Assembly: GCF_032444005.1 (NCBI RefSeq)
Contig: NC_091286.1
Span: forward strand, 468,782,001-468,846,000
Direction of reading: 5' to 3'
Origin: Ranitomeya imitator
Taxonomy: Eukaryota
Length of the DNA: 64,000 bases
This document shows positions 25,925 to 37,497 of this stretch, in pieces (position 1 is the first letter of the stretch; each line of letters begins with the position of its first letter). The notes below the pieces were generated by a model. It searched no databases and had not been told where the DNA came from. It saw nothing but the letters and a program-made list of their open reading frames with translations. Made by a program: the position numbers and the translations under genes.

Positions 25925-26899
25925 TGTTAGGACTGGCGGAACGCACCAAGACAGATGATAAAGGTGCGTTCGCAGTCCGGGGTCCACCGTGCAGGTGAGA
26001 ACCTGCTGCTAGCAATTTGCAGACAATATGGCGGTACACTAAAGTATACACGCGTGGGTTAAACCTCACCCAGCGTGAAGAAAGCGATCCTGTTAATTCA
26101 CAGGACCGCAGTACCGCACTAGTGCGCGAGCAAGTGGTCAGCGGACTTAACCCCAGAAGGGATTGGAGCCCGATTAGACCCTTGCTGGCGTAACACCGCA
26201 ACTGGGTGTGTAGAGAACCTCAAGAAATCTATGTGCACAAGAGTGCGAGCGATGCCGCACTAACGGACGCCACTAACCACCCAGACTCGGGTATGGAAAG
26301 CGCAAGGCAGGCGCACGGCGCCGTACTGGCAGGCACAGCTACAAGACGCTGTGATGTGTGTTTAGTGCTGTAGGCTAAGTCGGGCGCTAGATAGCAGCCA
26401 TACACCTTCCGCGAACAGACATTCCATAGGGTAGGGGTTTCCAAGGACGACTTGCACTCACAACATACACACATAAGCAATTGCAAGACAATACTAGCGC
26501 ATGGCCGTGCGGTCATGCGCAGTTTATAAAGCAGCAGCACAGGAAGTGGCCACAGCACTTTTGCCCTTCTAGGACCTGCCAAGAGGACCAATGGAATGTG
26601 CTGCAGAGCCTGAGCACATGACCCTCGATCTCCAACGGGAGACCTTACGCTGGGCATGCTCAGTACATGCAGACAAGGACTTAGTCCCAGAGAAGTCCGC
26701 TCGCTGCTGACCAGCACTGACTTTAATGGCAGAGACTGGAGAAGCAGCACTAACTCTCAGAACAGAGTGAGAATGAGCAAGACGCTGGGACCGACGTCCT
26801 TGCTGAGCAGGCTCCACTGCGGCTGGACAAGAATGGGAGACCGCAGCGGAAGTGGCTCGAGATTCCCCCTGTGCAGAAGCGGGAACTCGACCCCTAACA
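25925..26899. mobile_element. Solo LTR, 975 bp (probably Ty3/Gypsy)
   Basis: TGTTAGG...CCTAACA termini; perfect 5-bp TSD CCCTG at 25920-25924 and 26900-26904. Confidence 0.9.
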
Positions 26900-27109
26900 C
26901 CCTGCTTCTGGAAATTGAGATTCTGGTTTGGATTTTAAGTCATATGGCAAGGCTCATTGAAAGGTCGATATTAACTTTTAGTATCGCTGCTTCCAATAGG
27001 TAGCGCTACAATCCTATTCCTCACTGAAGAGTCAGTTTGCATAGAAAATTTGACTCAAAGTTAATCCTCCATGGATTGGTCCGTTCATCTCTTATGTAAA
27101 AAAAATGGC

Positions 27110-27740
27110 TTTACTGTGATTTGATTATCATAATAATGCAAAGTTCTAAGTAACGTTACTGTCCACAAAGGCGTTTATTTTCATCATTGAAGTATTATTA
27201 AAAGTTAATCTGTTTAATACCATCGTAGGTACATGATACATGGTAATAAATGAGTTACGTTCTGTGGCTTGTTTATTTTACAAGGTATTAAGTAAGTAGC
27301 ATTACAGTGACTTGCTAATTATCATAATGCAAGGTAAAGAACAAGTAACCATGTGATTTCATTATTACCATAACAAAAAGTAATAAACAAGTAACATTAC
27401 TGTTGCTTGATTATTATAATATAAGGTAATAAAAAGTGATGTCTCAGTAACTTGCTAACTATCATAATGTAAGATAATAGGCATCTAAAATAGCAGCAAA
27501 TCTCATCATTATAATGCAAGGTAATAAACGCATGACATTACTGTGACATTATTACCATAATGTGGTGCAAAGTAATAAACAAGTGACTTTACATTTACTT
27601 ATTATAAAAAAGCAAAGTAATAAACAAGAGACATCACTGTGACTTGATTATTAAAAAGCAAGGTGATAAATAGGTGACATAACTGTATAACAGTGCAAGG
27701 TAATAAACAAGTGACATTATTGTGACTTGCTAATTATTGT
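27110..27740 (+). repeat. Degenerate AT-rich minisatellite, ~46-49-bp unit
   Basis: Recurrent GCAAGGTAATAAACAAGTGACATTACTGTGACTTG motif. Confidence 0.75.
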
Positions 27741-28977
27741 GTGACATAGACTTCAATACGGGAGCACAAAACACTTCATGATAACACATGGTATTTTTTG
27801 ACAAAAGAAAAAAAGAAACAGTTCAATTTTATGTCATTTAGGAGGCTTTTCATGTCACATGTACAGTACTGAGAGACGTTTTTACAATAAATTCATTTAC
27901 TGAATGAAATACTGTACGTTGAAAACTGTAAAACATCAGACAGGACTTGAGGCTTGCAATTACTTTGCAGTAAGAATAAAAGCAAAAGATATAATTTGCA
28001 AGTAGAAGGTATTTAATAAGAAGCAGGATCCTGTGGCTATGAGATTGTACTTTTTTATTTTTATTTTTTTACATAGCTCTTCTTTCCATTAGAAGAAGCA
28101 ATGTATGATGATGACATTCTTCCTTCCCTTACATGACACACTATTGATGTCACATGCCACAACTATAATGGAAATCCTACATTCTTCTAGCTTGAATCAA
28201 CCAATCACTCTACCGAAAGAGACAGTTAATAATCTGCAATCCTCCACCTACTGTGACTTGTGACAGCTGGAGACAGCCAAAAGAATACCATCTGATCATC
28301 AACTTTTAGTATTCTCCACAAAAAAAAGTAAAGAAGATACTGACCGATCTTGGACTTACAAATAAAGTAAATTCTCATGTGACCTTAATAACCAAACTAT
28401 TGGGACCAAATGTATGATTCTATTAATGTAAGACTACTCAAGCCATGAAATAGAGATATACGGGAAAGAGAAATGACACTGAGCATTTAAAAAAATGAGT
28501 TCTTGATTCACATAAGAAAATTGATAGTTTAATTTTATCTCTTAAATCCCACTTACACCTTGACACATTGCTGAACTATTGTTTGTCCTACAACAGACAC
28601 TTATCTTCCATACTCCTCATTACACAGGAGTGCTTGCGGCATCTGTGCTCTCCTGTGTTCTCTACGAGAGAGATGCTACCGGACTTCTTTGGTGGTGGTA
28701 TATCTCCCAGAAAACATAAGGATCTAGTGTTGGAAATCCAACATACTGGATCCTTCTCTTCTTTGACATAATTTGTGAGTGGAGAGTCAAGAGGCTACCC
28801 ATACACATGAGACTGTCAGCTGATCCATCAGTTTTGACAGGTTCATCAAACTTTTATTGAAAGGGTAAACAATGAAATACCTTAGTAAAGCAATAGAAAT
28901 AATAATTGTAAGGCCTGCCATCAAGTCTCACAAGAAATATTTGTAATGACCTGCTTTTTAGCTATTTATTTTGCATG

Positions 28978-29212
28978 TTATTTATTTACCTATATAGCGC
29001 CACAGCATTTCACAGCCATTATCATCACTTTCCCCACTGGGACTCAAAATCTAAACTCCTTATCAGTATGTCTTTGGAGTGTAGGAGGTAAACCCACACA
29101 AACATGGGGAGAACATACAAACTCCTTGTAGATGATAATGATCCTTGGTGTGATTTGAACCCAGGACCCCAGCTCTGCAAAGCGACAGTGCTAACCACTG
29201 AGCTACCGTACC
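28978..29212 (-). mobile_element. tRNA-derived SINE (V-SINE-like body, L2-like tail)
   Basis: Minus strand: A box TAGCTCAGTGG, B box GGTTCAAATC, body GAGTTTGTATGTTCTCCCCATG, tail GGCGCTATATAGGTAAATAAAT resembling the L2 3' ends in this window. Confidence 0.8.
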
Positions 29213-29483
29213 GTAATAGGTATTATGTCTGTTTGTAAGAGTTAAACACATTTGTAGTCAATCACAAAATTCTTGTGAAAATCGATTTTATAATGTAATC
29301 TTGTGTTAAAAATAAAAACATTGTTGGATTAACAAATTCTAGATTATAGTAATTTAATTGTACAAAACTAGAAGTTCGATAAAAAAGTAGGCATTGTTAA
29401 GCAATTTTAAAGTGTTCCATATTGTATTTCTGTAAGCTTGATTTCATAAGTTAACTCCAAGATTAATATACACAGGTAAATTT

Positions 29484-29794
29484 TAGTGATGAGTGAATAT
29501 ACTCGTTACTCGAGATTTCCCGAGCACGCTCGGGTGTCCTCCGAGTATTTTTTAGTGCTCGGAAATTTAGTTTTTATTGCCACAGCTGAATGATTTACAT
29601 TTGTTAGCCAGCATAAGTACATGTGGGGATTCCCTAGCAACCAGGCAACCCCCACATGTACTTATGCTGGCTAACAGATGTAAATTATCCAGCTGCGGCA
29701 AGAAAAACTAAATCTCCAAGCACTAAAAAATACTCGGAGGACCCCCGAGCATGCTCGAGAAATCTCGAGTAACGAGTATATTCGCTCACCACTA
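29484..29794. mobile_element. hAT-type palindromic MITE, 311 bp
   Basis: TAGTGATGAGTGAATATACTCGTTACTCGAG termini; TSD GTAAATTT/CTAAATTT. Confidence 0.88.
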
Positions 29795-30054
29795 CTAAAT
29801 TTCAAATAGCCATAACACAAGTGTTATAAAGCTTTCCTATTACAGCTGCAGCCACTGTACCTCACATGGTTCTACTGAATCTGGCAAAGATCAGGTGCCA
29901 TTTTCAGAGTGTGACAAACAGGGCAAATGCCTAAGGCCTTCATTTTACAAATACAAGACCTTCAGGAGCAAACACTTCTATAACATATAGTGATAAAAAA
30001 ATAGATCTAAACGGATACAATAGGCACACAAAGCAATTACATAATTCTGTTTAT

Positions 30055-31047
30055 TAGGGTTGAGCGACCTTCACTTTTATAGGATCGGGTCGGGTTTCAC
30101 GAAACCCGACTTTTGGAAAAGTCGGGTCGAGTGAAATCGGCCGATCCTATAAAAAAGTCGGGGTCGGCCGAAACTCGAAACCCAATGCAGTGCATTGGGT
30201 TTCCATGGTTCCCAGAGTCTGAAGGAGCGGAAACTCTCCTTCAGGCCCTGGGATCCATATTTAAGTGTAAAATATAGAATTAAAATAAAAAATATTGCAA
30301 TACTTACCCTCTGACGCGCCCTGGTACTAACCGGCAGCCTTCCTCCTTCGAATCCGCGCTTCTAGGACCTTGCCGTGACGTCGCGGTGACGTCGCGGCTT
30401 GTGATTGGCCGCGCGGCCGCCCATGTGACCGCTCGCGCGGCCAATCACAAGCCGCGACGTCACCCGCGACGTCACCGAAGGTCCTGGAAGGGCTGATTCT
30501 TAGGAAGGAAGGCTGTCGGAAGGAAGCAGGGCACTTCCGAGGGTGAGTATATTCCTATTAGGTATATACTCACCCTCGGAAGCGCCCTGCTTCCTTCCGA
30601 CAGCCTTCCTTCCTAAGAATCAGCCCTTCCAGGACCTTCGGTGACGTCGCGGGTGACGTCGCGGCTTGTGATTGGCCGCGCGAGCGGTCACATGGGCGGC
30701 CGCGCGGCCAATCACAAGCCGCGACGTCACCGCGACGTCACGGCAAGGTCCTAGAAGCGCGGATTCGAAGGAGGAAGGCTGCCGGTTAGTACCAGGGCGC
30801 GTCAGAGGGTAAGTATTGCAATATTTTTTATTTTAATTCTATATTTTACACTTTAATCTGAATTCCGATACCAATTCCCGATATCTTAAACATATCGGGA
30901 ATCGGGATCGGAATTCCGATTCCAGATTCAAAAGATCGCCGACTTCATGGCCGACCCCCCACTGGGGTCGGGTCGGGTTTCATGAAACCCGACCTTGCCA
31001 AAAGTCGGCGACTTTTGAACAATTTCGACCCGTTTCGCTCAACCCTA
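30055..31047. mobile_element. hAT-type MITE, 993 bp, containing a 591-bp double-hairpin palindrome
   Basis: TAGGGTTGAGCGA...TCGCTCAACCCTA; perfect 8-bp TSD CTGTTTAT; palindrome 30263-30853 centred on 30558. Confidence 0.95.
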
Positions 31048-31409
31048 CTGTTTATTATTAAGAGTTTAATTTATGTCAGGTTCCCCTCTAGCCTGAAATT
31101 CTGTAGGTCCTTTATAAAGGAGATTGTCCTTAGAGAAGTAGGGTGAGAGGCAGGGAATAGCAGGGTATGTAGAAGGTACTTATAGAGAGGATGATGAGAA
31201 TTTATAGATTTGGTTCCCAGCAGGGAAGCTATTGCCTACCCCATGCTAAAAAAAATAATACAGCTTGGAAAATAGTCATTACAAGAACTAATAAAAAGGT
31301 TTTAAAAAGCCTGATGCCAATCTCTATATTAAAAGCAGAAAAAAATGTCGACTTTTACAGGTGTATTTTATTTTTAACTTTTAGGTTGGTTTTTCCGTTG
31401 GTTGTATAA

Positions 31410-31789
31410 GGCTATGTGCACACGTTGTGGATTTCCTGCGGATCCGGAACATTTTTTACCAAGTGATTTACAGTACAATGTAAATCAATGAGAAAAAAAA
31501 ATGCTGTGCTAATGGTGCGGAAAATTCTGCACGGAAGCGCTGCAGATTAAAAGAAGTAGTATGTCACATCTTTTGTATGGATCTGCAGCATTTTTGTACC
31601 CATTCCATTATAGAAATCCGCAGGGGTAAAAATACAAGAAATCAGCACAAAATCTGCAGTAAATCCGCAGCAAATCCGCACAAAATCCACATAAAAAACA
31701 CATCAAATCCGCACCTGCGTTCTCTGCCAAGAGATGCAGAATCCGCACAAAAAATTCCAGAAGCTAATCCACGACGTGTGCACATAGCC
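31410..31789. mobile_element. Harbinger/PIF-like MITE
   Basis: GGCTATGTGCACACGT...ACGTGTGCACATAGCC perfect TIR, flanked by TAA and TTA. Confidence 0.75.
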
Positions 31790-34122
31790 TTAGTGTAAAA
31801 TTAGGTTTATCAATGATTGACTCCTGGGCTAACTGTGACACAACCACTTTAGTTTACTATGACCAAAAAAAGTAGACGCAACCTTGACATCCATTTTATT
31901 TTTGCCAAATAATTTAATTGTAGTCACCCCTAATACATACAATAACAAACATGCAAAATACCTGAGCTTATTAATCTGGACAGCATGATAATACTGAAAT
32001 ACCCCACAGTGAATAATGTGTTGTAGTTATAACATCTGGTTTTGTTTTCTTACTTACTTTTTAATATACTGCAAGAAATGCACCGTGAGTGGATTCAATG
32101 TGGATGAAAATGAACTTTTATTATTATTGCGCTTTTGTTATTGTGCTTTATTACATCATTATTTTTTTTTTTATTTTCAAGAGATATTCTTTGCAAGTCT
32201 CATGCCTTATGTCTAATGTATATATACATTTGTCTACATAAATAGCAAGAACATGAGTAATGAAATACAGCGTCTAGGCAAGGCAGTTTTATTTCCTTCT
32301 GACAATGCAGTGTATTTAGATGAGACCAGAGATAAGAGGTTTGCATTCTATAGTGGACAGTAAAATTGATGAAACTTCAGGCTCTCACTGTTTTTATGTG
32401 CAAACATTTGTGCTCTGATTGTTGCCCTAAATTGTATCAATAAAAGCATAGTGTGATTAGGGTAGTAAACTGCAAAGCACCTAGATAGAGCTATCTCGCA
32501 TCACAATTTCACTACAAGGCCTCAAATCATTGTAAAGCTCCGATGTTTGGTACAATATGTGTAAAATGCATTGCTCCTTTTTATATCATTTCAAAGTGTT
32601 TAGATATTGAACAGATCACAATGTATTAAGAGAAAGGCAGAGGTAAAATCTACATAATGTAGACGTGTCTCAGCAGAGGGCGCTCTTAACCATTTCTGTT
32701 GAAGAAACACCGAATCGAAGACTGAACTGCAGAAACACCGCACAATATTTTGCTATCAACCTTGGGTTCAGCATGATACTATCTTGTTATTAATCTTTGC
32801 ATTAATAGAATTGCACCTTTTATTATAATACATGGAGATATTTTTGTGCATCAGGAAACATCTTTATAAAAGACAATCACATAATGGATGTCTCTACGGT
32901 GAAATAACAAACTGAGTATGCATTTCCTTGATTATGATTTTTTTTTAAGTGCAGTCAATGTATAAATAGCAAGTTCCAAAAATTATGTGCCAAAAAGCCC
33001 TCATTAGATTTCTGATTTGGTCAAGGTATATTCTTACAAGGCTTGAACTGACAGCTACTACACTTTTTGAGCTATTTAACAGAAATTTTCATTGAGCTAA
33101 ATTCACACAAGCATCTAAAAATTGGTTAGAGTTTTATCCAGAAAAGTGCGATGATGTTTTTCTCACTATTCGTTCGTCAACAATTTGCTTATTTTTTCAC
33201 AGCAGCAGCTATTAATTATTTACAGGACAATTTAGTTTCCTATGTTATAGAATTGTAAAACATCCATAAAAATCAGATTCTATACTCTGGCTCTGCAAGG
33301 CATCCAATTTTTTTACTCACCCATAAAGTTGAATGAGTGAGTGTTACAGATCTGCAACACAGGACTAAGGTAGAAGGGGGAAAACTGACCCTGCACTATG
33401 ACTAGGCTGAAACCCTACGATGGAGTGGGTGACCCATTCCTTGCGAATAGACCCACCTATGATCCTAGGTTAATCTCAAGCGAAGACCTATAGATAAGGG
33501 GAAGGGATTCCCTAAAAGAACTAAGGCACCTCAAGCTCACAAGACATCTTTGAGCCTGTTTCAAAAGAAGAAGAAGTTTCCAAGCTCCTCACTTCTGCTC
33601 GGCCTACAACCTGCTACAGTGACCCAATTCCTTCACATCTCCTGCAGTCTCTCTCACCAGTGGTCACCACTCACCTGACTAAAATATATAACCTCTCTCT
33701 TTCTTCAGGTATCTTTCCCTCCTCAATTAAACATGCCATTATAACCCCTTTGCTTAAAAAGCCATCCCTGGACAGGAACTGCACTGCTAACTACAGACCT
33801 GTCTCTAACCTTTCCTTCATCTCTAAACTCCTGGAATGCTTGGTCCACTCCCGTCTAATCTACTATCTCTCGGATAACTCTCTTCTCGACCCCTGGTTTC
33901 CACTCTTTACACTCCACTGAAACTGCCCTCACTAAAGTCTCTAATGATCTAATAACAGCTAAATCCAAAGGTCATTGCTCTCTGCTGATTCTCCTGGATC
34001 TCTCTGCCGCATTTGACACTGTAGATCACCAGCTTCTTCTCACTATGCTCCGCTCCATAGGCCTCAAGGACACAGCCCTCTCCTGGTTCTCCTCCTACCT
34101 CTCTAACCACTCCTTCATTGTA

Positions 34123-35783
34123 CAGTTAGGGCCAGAAATATTTGGACAGTGACACAATTTTCGCGAGTTGGGCTCTGCATGCCACCACATTGGATTTGAA
34201 ATGAAACCTCTACAACAGAATTCAAGTGCAGATTGTAACGTTTAATTTGAAGGGTTGAACAAAAATATCTGATAGAAAATGTAGGAATTGTACACATTTC
34301 TTTACAAACACTCCACATTTTAGGAGGTCAAAAGTAATTGGACAAATAAACATAACCCAAACAAAATATTTTTATTTTCAATATTTTGTTGCAAATCCTT
34401 TGGAGGCAATCACTGCCTTAAGTCTGGAACCCATGGACATCACCAAACGCTGGGTTTCCTCCTTCTTAATGCTTTGCCAGGCCTTTACAGCCGCAGCCTT
34501 CAGGTCTTGCTTGTTTGTGGGTCTTTCCGTCTTAAGTCTGGATTTCAGCAAGTGAAATGCATGCTCAATTGGGTTTAGATCTGGAGATTGACTTGGCCAT
34601 TGCAGAATGTTCCACTTTTTGGCACTCATGAACTCCTGGGTAGCTTTGGCTGTATGCTTGGGGTCATTGTCCATCTGTACTATGAAGCGCCGTCCAATCA
34701 ACTTTGCAGCATTTGGCTGAATCTGGGCTGAAAGTATATTCCGGTACACTTCAGAATTCATCCGGCTACTCTTGTCTGCTCTTATGTCATCAATAAACAC
34801 AAGTGACCCAGTGCCATTGAAAGCCATGCGTGCCCATGCCATCACGTTGCCTCCACCATGTTTTACAGAGGATGTGGTGTGCCTTGGATCATGTGCCGTT
34901 CCCTTTCTTCTCCAAACTTTTTTCTTCCCATCATTCTGGTACAGGTTGATCTTTGTCTCATCTGTCCATAGAATACTTTTCCAGAACTGAGCTGGCTTCT
35001 TGAGGTGTTTTTCTGCAAATTTAACTCTGGCCTGTCTATTTTTGGTATTGATGAATGGTTTGCATCTAGATGTGAACCCTTTGTATTTACTGTCATGGAG
35101 TCTTCTCTTTACTGTTGACTTAGAGACAGATACACGTACTTCACTGAGAGTGTTCTGGACTTCAGTTGATGTTCTGAACGGGTTCTTCTACACCAAATTA
35201 AGTATGCGGCGATCATCCACCACTGTTGTCATCCGTGGACGCCCAGGCCTTTTTGAGTTCCCAAGCTCACCAGTCAATTCCTTTTTTCTCAGAATGTACC
35301 CAACTGTTGATTTTGCTACTGCAAGCATGTCTGCTATCTCTCTGATGGATTTTTTCTTTTTTTTCAGCCTCAGGATGTTCTGCTTCACCTCAATTGAGAG
35401 TTCCTTTGACCGCATGTTGTCTGCTCACAGCAACAGCTTCCAAATGCAAAACCACACACCTGGAATCCACCCCTGACCTTTTAACTACTTCATTGATTAC
35501 AGGTTAACGAGGGAGACGCCTTCAGAGTTAATTGCAGCCCTTAGAGTCCATTGTCCAATTACTTTTGGTCCCTTGAAAAAGAGGACGCTATGCATTACAG
35601 AGCTATGATTCCTAAACCCTTTCTACGATTTGGATGTGGAAACTATCATATTGCAGCTGGGAGTGTGCACTTTCAGCCCTTTCAGCCCATATTATATATA
35701 TAATTGTATTTCTGAACATGTTTTTGTAAACAGCTAAAATAACAAAACTTGTGTCACTGTCCAAATATTTCTGGCCCTAACTG
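34123..35783 (-). mobile_element. Complete Tc1-like transposon (DD34E), 1661 bp
   Basis: TA TSD at 34121-34122 and 35784-35785; TIR CAGTTAGGGCCAGAAATATTTGGACAGTGACACA. Confidence 0.95.
34378..35415 (-). pseudogene. Tc1 transposase, 345 codons with one in-frame TAG
   Basis: ORFs 35188-35415 and 34378-34845 share a frame; the intervening 114 codons read open (WTDETK); MDNDPKH to PIE spacing is 34. Confidence 0.9.
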
Positions 35784-37170
35784 TATCTTTTGCTGGCTCC
35801 TCTTCCTCTCCTCGTCTCCTTACTCTTGGGGTTCCGCAGGGCTCAGTCCTAGGCCCTCTCCTTTTCTCTCTATACACTGCCCCTATCGGACAAACAATCA
35901 GCAGATTTGGGTTCCAGTACCATCTCTTTGCTGATGACACCCAATTATACACTTCTTCCCCTGACATTATCCCTCCCCTAATTCAAAATACCAAGGATTG
36001 TCTGTCTGCTGTCTCTAACATCATGTCCACCCTCTATCTGAAACTAAATCTCTCCAAAACAGAACTATTTGTGTTTCTCCCTTCTACTAACCTTACTCTA
36101 CCCAACATGGAAATTACCCCGGAGGGTTCAACCATAACTTCCAAGCAGCATGCCCGCTGTCTTGGGGTCATATTCGTCACCGAACTTTTCTTTACTCCCT
36201 ATATCCGATCACTCACTCACTCCTGTCACTTGCATCTTAAAAACATCTCCAGAATCTGACCTTTTCTCACCTTTGAAACTGCTAAGACTCTAACTGTTGC
36301 TCTTATTTATTCTCTTCTGGACTACTGAAACTCCCTTCTGATTGGTCTCCCTCTTACCAAACTTTCCCCTCTCAAATCCATCTTGAATGCAGCAGCCAGA
36401 GTCATATTTCTGTCCAGCCGCTTCACCGATGCCTCAGTCTTGTGCCAGTCATTACACTGGCTACCCATTCGCTACAGGGTCCAGTATAAACTCATCTCTC
36501 TCACCCACAAAGCTCTCCACAGTTCTGCACCGCCTTATATCTCCTCTCATCTCTGTCTATCGCCCTACTGTGCCCTCTGTTCTATAAATGACCTAAAACT
36601 AACATCTCCCGTAATCCAAACCTTGCACCTCCGTTTCCGAAACTTCTCTCGTGCTGCGCCAGCTCTCTGGAATGCACTTCCCCAGGCGATGCGACTGATA
36701 CCTAGCCCCGACCTGTTCAAGCGCGCTTTGAAAACCCATCTCTTCAAACAAGCCTACCACATCAACTACTCAGTAAACTTGCTTTGCCCTGTTTCCTCCT
36801 TCCTAATATTATCTGCATCTGAATCTGCACCCTACTATTCATCTGTCTCCACACCCTCCATGCACATGAAACTGCACTTGATACTTGACTATTGCACTTA
36901 AACATACGGGCTGATGACCGGATCATGCAGCTTTATAAGAAAATCCCTATTTATTATAATTGTCAGACCTGAAATAACAAGCACTTTTCACCTATTGTGT
37001 CCCCCATTTCCTTGTAGATTGTAAGCTTGCGAGCAGGGACCTCACCCCTAATGTCACTGTTTAAATTGTCTTAACTTGTACTGAATTTATTGTCTCTACA
37101 TGTCCCCGCTTAATTGTAAAGTGCTGCGGAATATGTTGGCGCTATATAAATAAAAAATTATTAGAATTAT

Positions 37171-37497
37171 TATAAGGACTGGATACAAAAAGGGTCACCT
37201 CCTAATAGAAAACACAGAGAAGGCCGCAGAAACCAATAGAAAACAGAAACTAAGGCCAGCAGAACCAGAGGTACCAGTACTGCAGAAATAACACACACAG
37301 AACACAAAGCAAAGCACCAAGCTAGAGATCAAGCAAATTAACACTGTTATCCAGGAAGGACTGGGAGGCAGGTGCTGGTTAATAAAGAGTGATACAAACA
37401 CCTGACCCAAGACAAACCCAGCACCAGAGGAAAAAGACCAGTAGCCAGAACTCCACAAGAAAATGGCAGATAGTCACAAACTAAACAGATTCTAACA
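37171..37497 (-). repeat. 3' LTR of the Gypsy element
   Basis: Minus strand starts TGTTAG directly after a purine tract (AAAGGAGAGGTAC); far end is TATAAGG, probably a mutated TG/CA terminus. Confidence 0.65.

Larger units (their letters stand above)
25680..27050. mobile_element. Foldback element (~190-bp diverged inverted arms) with central hammerhead-like motifs, interrupted by a solo LTR
   Basis: CCACCTATTGGAAGCAGCGATC...CCAGAATCTCAATTTGCAG (25741-25841) is the reverse complement of ~26907-27005; boundaries approximate. Confidence 0.7.
33545..37172 (+). mobile_element. 5'-truncated, decayed L2 (subfamily A) split by a Tc1 insertion
   Basis: RT-region homology to 10300-10880 before the Tc1 and to 10880-12240 after it; same 3' end and (TTA)n tail. 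Confidence 0.9.

Noticed and set aside
26229-27003. ORFs of 82-173 aa inside the solo LTR
   Set aside because: No recognisable motifs; expected in GC-richer LTR sequence. The 26656-27003 ORF runs across the LTR boundary into the foldback arm.
28093-28263. 56-codon open frame after a good acceptor
   Set aside because: Ends in a stop with no convincing donor; compatible with chance.
29140-29212. tRNA gene
   Set aside because: A and B boxes are present but continue into a SINE body and tail; no acceptor-stem closure.
33341-33540. LTR fragment starting TGTTACAG
   Set aside because: Only one terminus, no TSD or partner; too little to call.
36911-36950. Second hammerhead at CTGATGA in the L2 3' UTR
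   Set aside because: No stem II followed by GAAA.
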